Under the pieces are notes generated by a model. The model saw only the letters and a program-made list of their open reading frames with translations. It was not told where the DNA came from and did no database searches. DNA of 64,000 nucleotides, taken from NCBI GenBank assembly GCA_044892525.1, contig CM097885.1:38194001-38258000 (forward strand), written 5' to 3'. This document shows positions 49,188 through 60,900 of this stretch, one piece after another; position 1 is the stretch's first letter; each line of letters opens with the position of its first letter. A program made the position numbers and the translations under genes. Source of the DNA: Schmidtea polychroa (lineage: Eukaryota).

Positions 49188-52100
49188 CTATTCGGAATTC
49201 TCCACTTGTGGCCATCTTTTTCTGCCTTTAGGTTTTTGTTTACATATTTTGGAGGTTCTTATCCATTGGATTATTATTGATGTTATCACTGCACTCATTA
49301 TTGCGCTAGCGATCCACATCATTTTAACGGTTATCAGTGTCTCGTTGAATTTTCCTGTCGTTATCATCATTTTAGTTTCTGTTGTAGTTGCCTCTTGTGT
49401 TTTATTTTTCTTGAGCATCTGGTATAACTGTTTCGTTTCTTCTGCCGTTAGATGTTCGTTTCCTTTTGGCTTTTCCACTTCTTTTGGTTTTCTGGTTGTC
49501 AATAGTATGTTTATCATCCGTGGTCGTTGTCTGGTTATTGCTTGGCATGAACTTAAATCGCTTCCGTTTTTAAGAACGCATATGTGGTATCGTCCCTTTC
49601 TTTCTCCTATTGTCATTTTAACTTCTGCACCTTTGTCAAGTAGTGTTTCTATGCAGTCGACTATTCCTGTCCTGTTTAGTACACATACTCTTACTATTGG
49701 TTCTTCACCTTGGTTTCTGACCGTGATTACTTCTTCTCTTATCTTGTTGAATTCGACATTTACTAGTACTTCTCGTCTCTCATCTTTGATCCATATTACT
49801 GTTGTGTTTTTCTTGGTTTGGTGCTGTCCTCTTATCATTCCCGTACGGGATTGTTTCTGGGGTTTCTTAATTGCCGGTTTGATCCTTGGTTGATATCGTT
49901 TACTAGCCATACTTTTTGGCCTGCTTTTTATTTGCGCGGTTTTAACTGCTTTACATACCACTATTGCCTGGGTACCTGCGCATACCACCATGTTGGTGTT
50001 TGGTTTTACGTTTGTCCAAAAAAATTCGCGATCTCGTTTCATGTCCACCGTTATACATATGTCTTCGTCATCTCTAAAACATATTTGCGTTGTTGGCAAA
50101 TTTCCTTTATCTATTATTTCGATACCTTCCATTGTAGCTTTAATTGCGACATGTACTCCGGTTTCGTTAGCTCTTTCCAATTCTTTTTCTTCTGATGTTA
50201 TGTCTTCGCAAATGTTGTAGTCTCCGCATAATTCAGGTTCTCCATTTTGACTATTGAAAATCCTCCCTTTTGTTATCGTTCTAAAATCACAACTTACTCC
50301 GGTTCCTTCCATCAATTGGATGCATATCCCGACCGCGTTTCCGTCGTTGCCGCTGACTTTTATCATGAATAGTTCGCCTTCTTTCAGATTTCCTCTCGTA
50401 ATTCACCTATTTTTCGTTTCTGTTAGGTAAATTGACGTTAGTATTATTAGGATAATTTGTAGTAGGAGTGACTGGTTTAGATTCTTCCGCATTACTATGT
50501 TATGCAGTGGGGACTTTCGTTTGTCGTTCTCTGTTTCATTATGTTGGTTGTCTTCACTTTGGTCTGAGTTGTCCTCAGTATCCTTCAAGTCTTCGTCGTC
50601 ATCTTCTGACTCCTTGTCTTCTTCATTATCTCGTTCGTTTGAGTTCCCATTTATGTTGTTCCTTTCATGGTTCCCGTCGTCTTCCTCATTTTTGTCGTTA
50701 TGGTCTTTGTCATTTTTTCCACTCCGGCCTTTTCCAAAAATGTCGTCTTCGACATGTGATGTTTTGATCATTTCTTCGTGTTTATTTAAATGACTATTCT
50801 TCAGTGATTCTCTTACTATTGTCACTTTTCTGTTGGATGGCCATGGTAATTCTTGTTCACATCTGATTCTCTCGTATTCACCATATTTTGATATCAACTC
50901 CGTTGCTCGTTTATATTCAAATCCCATAATCTCAGTATCCCGTACGTCTTTGACAAACTGTTTCATTAGCTGCGGCCATCTTTCCCTAAATCTGTTAATA
51001 TATTTCTTCGCTTGATCGATTGCTTGTTTTACTACGATTATTTGATTTTCCTTCATTATCTTTTGTTCAGTCTTTTCTATTTCTGGTTCCACTTCATTGT
51101 TGAATATCTGTTGGATTTTCCTCAGTATTTCCGTTACTGATTCGCTGTCTCTGTTTTTCTTTAAGATTAAGATATTAACTTCGTTTGGCCATCTCATCAT
51201 ATCTACTAGATGTATGCTCATTTTAACTTTGTAACCATTATCGTATAGTTGTTTATTCTTATGACTTGTTCCCATCTTTTCCTGTACCCAATTATACAGT
51301 TCATCGATATTTGTTACTTTTAATTCAATAATCTGCATCTGAGTTTCAGGGTGTTGAATACTTACTTGGTATTGATCTGGATCAACTTCTTTCAATTTTC
51401 CTTTATATTTCGTCGCCAAATCTTTCCATATTGCCGTTAATATACCTCCTTCCCACTGGTATGCTTGAGTTATCAGTTTTATACATTTTCTGTATGTTGG
51501 TTCGTTGATATAGCTCTCATTTCGTTCTCTTTCCGATACCGTGTCGGAAATTTCCTCAAATATTTCCTCATCGTCATTTTCTATCGGTGATTCCATATCG
51601 TCGCTCTCACCCTCTTCGTTATTTTGAGGTGTTCCTTGTTCATTATTTTCATCACTTGATTGAAATAATTCACTTCTCAGGCTACTCACCGCACTTTTCT
51701 CGTCTTCCTGGTCCGTCTGATCCTTCTGTATTTGTCTCAGCATGTTTATATTGGCTCTATTACTTGGTTCTTTCTTTTCGAACCACTCATTTTTCCTGAA
51801 CCAGTTGTCTTTTACTTTTTCTTTTACTTGCTCATCCGTTAAATTTGGTTCTTCTCTTCTAATTCTATTTTCAATTTTTTGTAGTAATACCCTCTGAATT
51901 CGATTCTTTGTAACAATCTCGTTGCTTTTTGGTTCGTGCCCTGTTTCATCTCTTCTTCGTCTCTTTTCTTTTTCTTCTTTGGTGAACTCTTGTATTATTT
52001 TTATTTTATCCTCGCTACTCAGTTCTGTCAATTGCTCCGTCAATTGATGTGACCCATTTTCTTTTATCGCTTTCGTCTCGTTGATTACGGTTATATCGCT

Positions 52101-53924
52101 CCCTTCCTTGTTAACACACTGCTCCGCAGTGTGCGGTTCCCCTTTGTTCATTGATCTCATCATATTTATTCTTCCGGTGTTGGTTTCTCGCTTTTTCCAT
52201 CTTTTTTGAATTTCTCTGGCTTTTTCGTTTAGTGGTCTCTGCCCTTCGATTCGTTGCTGGTCTTGTTGTTCTCTTGTTGGTCGTTTCCGGATATCCTCTG
52301 GTATCCGTTGGATCATCTTTTTCAACTGTTCAATTTTCTGCATGATGTTGATTTGTATATTTTGACTTGGATCGTTTGCTCTTGGTTGATTATGTTTTGT
52401 CTTCATCGCGCATTCTCTCGCCACATGTCCAAGTTGGTTGCAACTGTAGCAGGTTCTAGTCCTTCCTCCTCTCATCGACATCATTGGTCCTCGGCATATA
52501 TTTTCTGTGCGACCCCTTTTACCGCAATTTTGGCACATCCTTGTCTTATAACACTCGTTGCTCCAATGTCCTAGTCGTTGACATATGTTACACTTCCGAT
52601 TATTGTTCTCGTTGTTCCTGAAATTATTAGTATAAAATTGAATATTACCTCTGTTATCTGGATTTGTCATTTTTGGCGCCTTGAACAACTGTTGCGATTC
52701 TGAGATAAATTGATTCATTCCTAGATTTCCATTGTTGGTTTGATTAATTTCGGTTGTCGTTGTTGGTGTTGTAGCTATTGGTACTGCTGCCATTGCTGCT
52801 ACTTGTACTGGAGTCAAGTAGTTTTCACATTTATTAGCGATTTTTAATGCTTCCTCGAGCGTGTCTGGTGCTCGGCACCCCACTGTTGCTCGTATGTCCT
52901 TTCTTTTCATACCCTCTACGAATACGGCTATTATCTTGTCTTCCGGAACTGTTTGATTTGAATCGAATGCTTCTTTTGCCAGTCGTCTTAATTCACATGC
53001 ATATAGAGCGTTTGACTCATTGTATTTCTGCTTTCGATGCAGAAAATCCAACATTTTGCGATTTACTTCCCTTTTGCTACCGAATGTTTTTATTAAAAAA
53101 TTCTTTATTGATTTCCATGTTTTTAGTTTTGTTGCATCACACTTTGCCTCTAAATATACATCTTGTGCACTTCCTCTTAAATATAATGGTATTCGCTCTC
53201 GTACGACTATGTCTGGCCAGTGACATATTGTAATATATACCTCGAATTCTTTTATAAACGTTTCTAGTTCATTAATATTCCCATCGAATGGTTCTCCTCG
53301 AAATCTTTCTCTAAGTTCTCCAACATTGACATTAACATGGTTTATCTCTGGTGTGTATGTCAACTCTGACCCATTCGGGTTGTTCACTTGGTTTCCGTCT
53401 AACATTATATCTCGACACGAACTTGTCATGCCTGAACTACTATCTTCCTTGTCTGTTGGTTTGATATCAGTTACCGGATATAATTCGTTTCTTTTAATAT
53501 CGTCGCTGTTTTCACCTTCGTTGGTTAAGCTGTCTGATTCAAATAATGTTTTCACTGGCGCTGGTTTCTTATTGATTCTTCTGTTTCTCTTGGCTCTTTG
53601 TCTCTCTGCGTTTCCTAATAAACTAGAGCCTCCTTTACTCTGCAATCTCGTTCGATTGGCTTTTTTATCCATCTTTCTCGCTTTAATAATCTCTTTTGAA
53701 TTTCACTGTGTTTCGTTGGCCAACGCTTTAATTTTCCTCTTGGTATTTAATTTGACTTTGTTTACCTTTCTTCTATCCTCGTTTGATTCTCTTGATTCCT
53801 TATTTGTTTTCTTTTGAATTTTTGATTTCTCTTTATTTCTCTTGGATTCTTGGCTTGTATTGACTTCCTTCTGACTTATTGATTGACTTATTCTAAAATA
53901 ATTAACACTCCTAGTACATATCAT
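49188..53924 (-). pseudogene. gag: Single-frame polyprotein (1579 codons, two internal TGA): Gag capsid, 3 zinc knuckles, coiled-coil/acidic region, signal-like segment, Cys-containing domain, transmembrane helix
   Basis: ORFs 53703-53924, 50403-53672 and 49188-50366 share one frame. MICTRS start; FDGN...LRGSAQ...QKYNES...FVEGM...TLEEAL capsid; CNICQRLGHWSNEC, CQNCGKRGRTENIC, CYSCNQLGHVAREC; LLLQIILIILTSIYL; WIASAIMSAVITSIIIQWI. Confidence 0.85.
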
Positions 53925-54540
53925 AATATTTTATTCATTTTATCCTACCCTTCATTTATTTCCCTATTTTCTTTATTTTATACTACTCTTTACTCATTAT
54001 TTCTCTCGCTGTTCCTTTTCTAATTCATGGTACGCTTTTACTTTTTGCTACTCACCCCCCTTTGAATTTAAGTCCATTTTTAATTATCTATAACTCGTAT
54101 CAATTATCTATATCGTCGTATCAATTATCTATCGTATAATCACAACATCAATTATATAATTCAAAAATATATATCATTAGTCATATACATATAAAACTCA
54201 TCAGTAACTTAATTAATATCTCCTCATTCGCTTTTCCCCATTCAAAAATTTGGTTTCATTTTCTCTTGCGCCGGCGCTCTATCATAATTTTCCTTTAATC
54301 ATTACCTCTTTGTCGCACTTAATCTATGTCAATTTAATCGATTTCATCTTAATCGTTTATCTCTTTTATTTCGTTCATAGTTAATCATCGACGCTTCGGT
54401 TCGCGCGACCTCTACGTCTACATTTATTTACCATCGGCTCCCTGGCTGGTTTAATCACCTCTCTTATTTCATTTAAATCATTTATTTTCATTCAATTACC
54501 ATCGGCTCTCTGGCCGGTTTAATCAACTCATTTTAATCTC

Positions 54541-55290
54541 ATGAAGTCTTTTACGACTCCTAGACGCCTGGGCTTTAACACCATTACGCCATATAATTCA
54601 CTATCAACCATCAACGCTTCGGTTTATTCGACCTCCGCGTCGGCATCGGCTTCCGGCCGGTTTAATTATACTTTTAATCTCCGAAGTCTTTTACGACTCC
54701 TAGACGCCTGGGTATTTACACCATTACGCCATATAATTCACTATCAACCATCAACGCTTCGGTTTATTAGACCTCCGCGTCGGCATCGGCTTCCGGCCGG
54801 TTTAATTATACTTTTAATCTTTGAAGTCTTTTACGACTCCTAGACGCCTGGGCTTTAACACCATTACGCCATATAATTCACTATCAACCATCAACGCTTC
54901 GGTTTATTCGACCTCCGCGTCGGCATCGGCTTCCGGCCGGTTTAATCATATTTTAAACTTTGAAGTCTTTTACGACTCCTAGACGCCTGGGTTCTTACAC
55001 CGTTACGCCATATAATTCACTATCAACCATCAACGCTTCGGTTTATTCGACCTCCGCGTCGGCATCGGCTTCCGGCCGGTTTAATTATACTTTTAATCTC
55101 CGAAGTCTTTTACGACTCCTAGACGCCTGGGTATTTACACCATTACGCCATATAATTCACTATCAACCATCAACGCTTCGGTTTATTAGACCTCCGCGTC
55201 GGCATCGGCTTCCGGCCGGTTTAATTATACTTTTAATCTTTGAAGTCTTTTACGACTCCTAGACGCCTGGGCTTTTACACCTTTACGCCG
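54541..55290. repeat. Tandem array of about 5.3 units of 140 bp in the element 5' leader
   Basis: Units containing GAAGTCTTTTACGACTCC start near 54542, 54682, 54822, 54961, 55101 and 55241. Confidence 0.97.
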
Positions 55291-57942
55291 TATTCGCGGT
55301 CTTCGGTCCCTGATCGGTTTCAAATGCCCTAAATGAGGTTTCTTCAACCCCCAGACGCCTTCAGTTTTTACACCTACTATCGTCCCTACCGCGATTAAAT
55401 TGAGTTGACAGTTGACTTTCGGACCAATTAAAAATTTAAGGTTCCTCCTACTCAAATTATTAATCTGCTGAGGCCTCACAACTAGCTCAATTCTTGGCCG
55501 CCTATTGAAAAGAGTTTAATACCGGTAACCCTAATCTCATCGCCGTTTCACTGGGCCTATCGGTACTCGGTGTGGGCATCCGGGTTTTGTACCGACCCCT
55601 GCTAGCAATAATCACGAAGAAAAAAACATCCTATCTATCAGGATTTAAAAAACACGGAAATGCCTAATCGCCTCGATCTTGATTCTCAAAAGTGATGAAC
55701 CAGATCTCCCGACTAGTGAAGATAAAAGGAAATTGGATATGCAGTTGACTCTCGGTCTCCCGCCTCACAACTGGTCCAATCTTGGTTGCCTGTTGAGTAC
55801 GAGTCCTTTACCGGTTGACCCGCATCTCACAACCGTTTCACTGGGCTCCTTAATACTCGGTGTAGGTAACTGGGTCTCTCTCGCTCGCTACCCTTCCGGG
55901 TTTTTGTATCAAGTCCCGCTAGCCAATCAAAAAAAAATGCACCCAATACTCGGTGTGGGTATCCGGGTTTTTGTATTGGGTGATCCAGCATCATCAGTCC
56001 CTTGGCTGATAATCTCCTGGACACTACAGTCCGGTGGTTAGCCGCTGTACTCGGGTGCCTCATCACTCGCTAGGGAAAAATTCATATCATCCAATTTGAA
56101 GTCCAAAAACGGTTTCTTCAAATCCGCAGCTGCTCTCGGATAATTAAAATTTTTATCTTTTGGTGCACCTTTTCAATTTTTATTTTTTATCTTTTTCTTT
56201 TTATTTACCTTCTAGTTTGTCCTTGTCTCCCAAATTCAAAAAATATAATAATCGCGTTGGTTCATTTCCCACAAGTGGTGATCAGTCACTCGACAGAAAC
56301 TCCCCAACATTTGCGATGGGCCCTACTATACTCTTCTCATCAAGGTGATCAGGATTTCCCCATCCGGGTAAGCATCGTAGGGACGATATGCTTCTCATCC
56401 CCTTATGGTCCTGTCTCTCTATGCCAAAAATAAAAAAAAACAGGAAAAAAAAATGGTAATCGTACTGATCTTATAGATCAGCTCACACTTGATGCGATCC
56501 CAGCCAGTCCTGTATTTAATTCACGGCTTTCGCCAATTTAATTTGTGTGTTGCTTGTCTATTTATTTAACGGCTTTTGTGTATTTCATATGTCTATGTTC
56601 AACGTATGTTTTATACCTTTCGGTTGCTATTATGGAATTAGTTTTACTAACATTCTACTAACTCACACTCGGCTGCAATTCATTTCATCATCTTCAATTT
56701 TTCTACATCTCCCTCAGGGAGGTACACTACTACTCTTTCTCTCATGTTTGCGTCACATACATTACAATCGCTTCAGTTTCAATGCACAATCTTGGCAATA
56801 ACATAGATGTCCGCAAGGTACCATCATTATTTTTATCTCATTGCTTCTACACACACAACATTTGAATTCATTATCGATCGCCTCTCTTATCGCATCTTCA
56901 ACCGTTTAAATTTTTATCTTTAATTCTTGCCATTTGATGTTAAATTTGGCCTTATCTAAACGTAAATTCTGAATCTGATATACTCTTTGAGTAGTTAATT
57001 CCACATTTGGTGTAGCAATTCTCGTCATTATACACAATTCATCATCTACTGGTCTTGGTTTTAAGATCAGCCCTTCTTGAGTGTTTGCCAACTGCTCTGC
57101 TTTTCAATTCAATCTTTGTAGTGAGTTTTACGAATTTTCAAGTTTCTTTATAATGTAGCCGGTTAATTCCATCAAGTTATACTTTATTAATTCAGCATTT
57201 TATTAAGTGTTCTTATTCCCCTTTAATTAGCTTAACCTCTACCCATTTATTTCCTTATTCAAATTATGTAAGTTCAATAGCTGTTTTACCCTGTTAGTTT
57301 AAGCTCCCAATCCATTAAATGATGTTCCGCGCATTCTTATCCGTTCCCTCTAGTTTATTATCTTAGTCTACATAACCCTTTTGATCCCAGCTTGTCCATA
57401 ATTTTAGACATTTTATCAAATACTCAATATACCCCTTTAATCTTTAACGTAGTTTTACATCTTCCCCCTATTTTTAATTAATTGCATTATCTATCTATTT
57501 CTATTTCGCAATTCACTGTTTCATGCTTTATCCCCCTTTTCTATAGACCGTTATCATCTATCCCCCCTTTTCCCTATTTTTGAATTTTTTATTATTTTCT
57601 TATATTTACAAAGTATTAGTTGTTTATATTTACAATTTTTATTATTTTTGATTTTTATTTCATTTCTTACCCATCAACATTCTATCCCATCAACACGGAA
57701 CGCTCATACATTATTCTCATACCCAGTTTTATCGATTTTCTATATTTACATAATTTAAAACATTTTATTCATCATGTACAACGTTCAACATTCATTTTGA
57801 TCTTACACGCATATTCACACATCATGTCTAGTTATTTGAGAAAACAATCTTTCTTACTCTTGCATAAAGCATTTCATTTCCTGATCATAAAAACGCTATG
57901 CATTCCCGTCTACTTACAGGTTCTTTACCAAGAAAGTTTATA

Positions 57943-57960
57943 ATCCCGGCTGAGCCCCCA
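57943..57960 (-). promoter_or_regulatory. Primer-binding site, tRNA-Pro-like
   Basis: TGGGGGCTCAGCCGGGAT matches the MLV tRNA-Pro PBS TGGGGGCTCGTCCGGGAT at 16/18; lies 8 nt from the LTR end. Confidence 0.85.
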
Positions 57961-57968
57961 AATTTGTA

Positions 57969-60900
57969 TGGTGGGTTACTGATGATCAAATATTTTGTTC
58001 TTTAGTGCTGTTTCCAGCGTAACCCAGAATACAACATTGTTTACCGCTTGATACCCGTTGAACGATCAACGTTGGTACTGTATCAAGAGGGTGAGTACTC
58101 GCAAAAAGTGAGCGCACTACTTGCACTGTAATTGTCGAGCACTCTAATGGGTTCACGGACTATCGTTAGAAGATGTATGTCCGATTTACGCAGGTCCCTT
58201 ATTATAATCACTTCCTCAACTATGCCTATACAAACTTTCTATCCTCAAACGATCATAAGTCATCAGGAATCATACATTACTCTATTAAAGCCTGTTCATA
58301 CAACACCACATCTAAAATGTTTGAATATAAATTAAGTGAAACATAACCATAGTTTATTAAACAAACCTCAAGAAATTTTTGAGACTAATGAATTTAATTA
58401 GAAAAAAAAAAAACTTAATAAACTGAAACAATAGAAATGATAAAGATAACATGCATTCCCCACGATAACCTGATCAAAAGAAAATTTCAATTTAGTTAAG
58501 TTAACTTACAACCTATTTTAACATAATCCAAATATCACTTGTAAATTATGGGTAATATTAATATATGAAGTTTAGATTCATTACAATCATAAAAGTTCTT
58601 ATGAAGAGTAAATAATTCTAATCTACTTAAATTTTCAATTTATAATATTCCTCAAATGACCAAACTAACTCCGTAATATACTTGAATTCATTATGTTAAA
58701 ATACTAGAACAAGTTGGTAACTAATAATTTAAATAAAGTAATGGAATTTTGATTTCATTATTACTTTTTGTTTTGTTAAAGTTATTTAACATTATTTAAA
58801 TTTTCGTTGTTTTATTATAGTAATTATAATTAATGTTAAATAACAAATTTTGAATAAATATATGATTTTAGTTAATTTTGATATAATAATGTAAATAAAT
58901 TAAAATTTTAAGCATTTATATCCTAAAATTTCATAATATTTCAGGAATATCAGCATTTGGCCGAATCTCCGAACAATTACTATTGATCAATAATGTATTA
59001 TGACATCTCGAATGAGCAAAGATCATTTGACAACACCAATGAGAAAATTGTAATTAACTTCCTTAATTTAATTAATTAACTTCATTAATTTCCTTAGCAA
59101 TCGAGTTGATAATAATTCAGTGAGGTACGAAGGTTTGATTGCCCCAAGGTCAGTTCCACCAACTAATCTTCCTGGCGGAATTATCTGACAATGACTACTC
59201 AAAAAGAGATGCAAGGAATATAGTTGGCCATCCAACAATATTACGTCAAATCAATATGTAAGTCATTGAACCAAAAGGAACGAAGCAGAAAATAAGGAAT
59301 TATCCAGAAGTCTTCCAACTCCAGGAAATGTATTTCATTGGGATGGTCCATCAACCGTGCTCGAAGGACCTTGGTATAACTATGATTCAAAGAAACAATT
59401 ATATGAATAAAGTTGATGATCGAAATCAATAAACTTAGTCTTTGTTTTTCTTTTTTTTTGATCTAGTTAAAAATAAATTTAGTCTCTTTTGATTTAGTTA
59501 AAAATAAATCCAATAATTCTAATAAATCAATAAATGATTCTACTAAATTACTTCAGTAAACTACTCTAACCTCGCTCCATCACCTTAAGGGGGTTGTGAC
59601 CATCACATAACAGGGGTCTTGAGGGGGAAGGTTATCGTATTTTTATAAGGTTGCTTTATAAATCTGTATGTACATACACACACACACATATATATATACA
59701 TATACATATACACACATACCTATATATGGATATAATTTACACCCGTTTCCACAATATAAGAGTTTCTATAATCTAAAAAAAAAATCGATAAAATTATATT
59801 ATAGCAACACACAAACTTACCTGTGTGCAAAAATTTAATGTTCCGAATGTAGAAAGTTTTATTATAGGAATTGAGAAAGTGACAGAAAAATAATTTTACA
59901 TACAAACACAGGACACATAATATAAAATACACGCAAATTTAATATAGCTTTTTTTGTTCCGAAAGTAGAGAGTCATTAACATACTGTTAACATATCATTA
60001 ATTTAAAATTATTAAAATTCATGGCTGAAAAAAATTTGGATTTTGAATCTGACAACTCAACTTTGAGTTTTTGAGAAATGGACGACAAAACATCGTAAGA
60101 TCTATTTATAAAATATTTTTGAAGTTAATATTTCTTTAGATTTTCAGATATTTCTTTGGAGACATTTCCATTTTGCGAAGGTGAAGATCTGACAATGTAA
60201 GAATTTTTTTATTTAATTACAAATAATTAAAATATTTTACAGCATATCAGATATTTCTAGTCAAACGCCTTTGTGTGAAGATATTCAACAAGTTCCATCG
60301 ACATTTTTGGAATTGAAGAAAAAAATTCGAAAATCGTAAATTTTAATAACTAAAAAAAAATAATATTTTCAAAGAATTTCAGAAAATGACAAAATCCGTC
60401 TCATCAATCCATATGAAAATGGAGAAAATTATAAAGATTTTGGAAGATTACTGGGAATCTCCAAAAAATCGATTGGAACCATTATTTCTTAAAAAAATAA
60501 ATGTTTTTGGTGATTATTTTATTTCATTTTAGTTAAAAATATATATAACTTACATTTTATTGAAATAATTCCAAATTCATAACATATCATAAAATACCTA
60601 AAAAAGCACCTGAAATTTAATTATCAATATATTATAAATATATTATAAATGCTGATTACAAGTAATATTTAAGAGCTTGAATAATGATCTCATAATTATA
60701 TGAAATCAAAATTCAAGCCTTAAAATATACTTAAATTTAAAAAACTTACTTCTAAAACCATAAATAAAATTGAATTGAGAATGAAAAAATGAAATAAACA
60801 TTCTCATAAATGGTGAGTCATCGATTGATGAACACACCAACATGCATTATAGAGACTTTTAACATGTGGAAACGGGTGTAAATTAATAATATTGATGTCG

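Noticed and set aside
48787..49893. 368-aa hydrophobic plus-strand ORF
   Set aside because: Antisense shadow of the A-rich minus-strand polyprotein; no motifs
54541..55290. CRISPR-like array, or the two 100-aa repeat ORFs as real genes
   Set aside because: Units are contiguous with no unique spacers, the context is eukaryotic with no cas genes, and the ORFs are antisense products of the repeat
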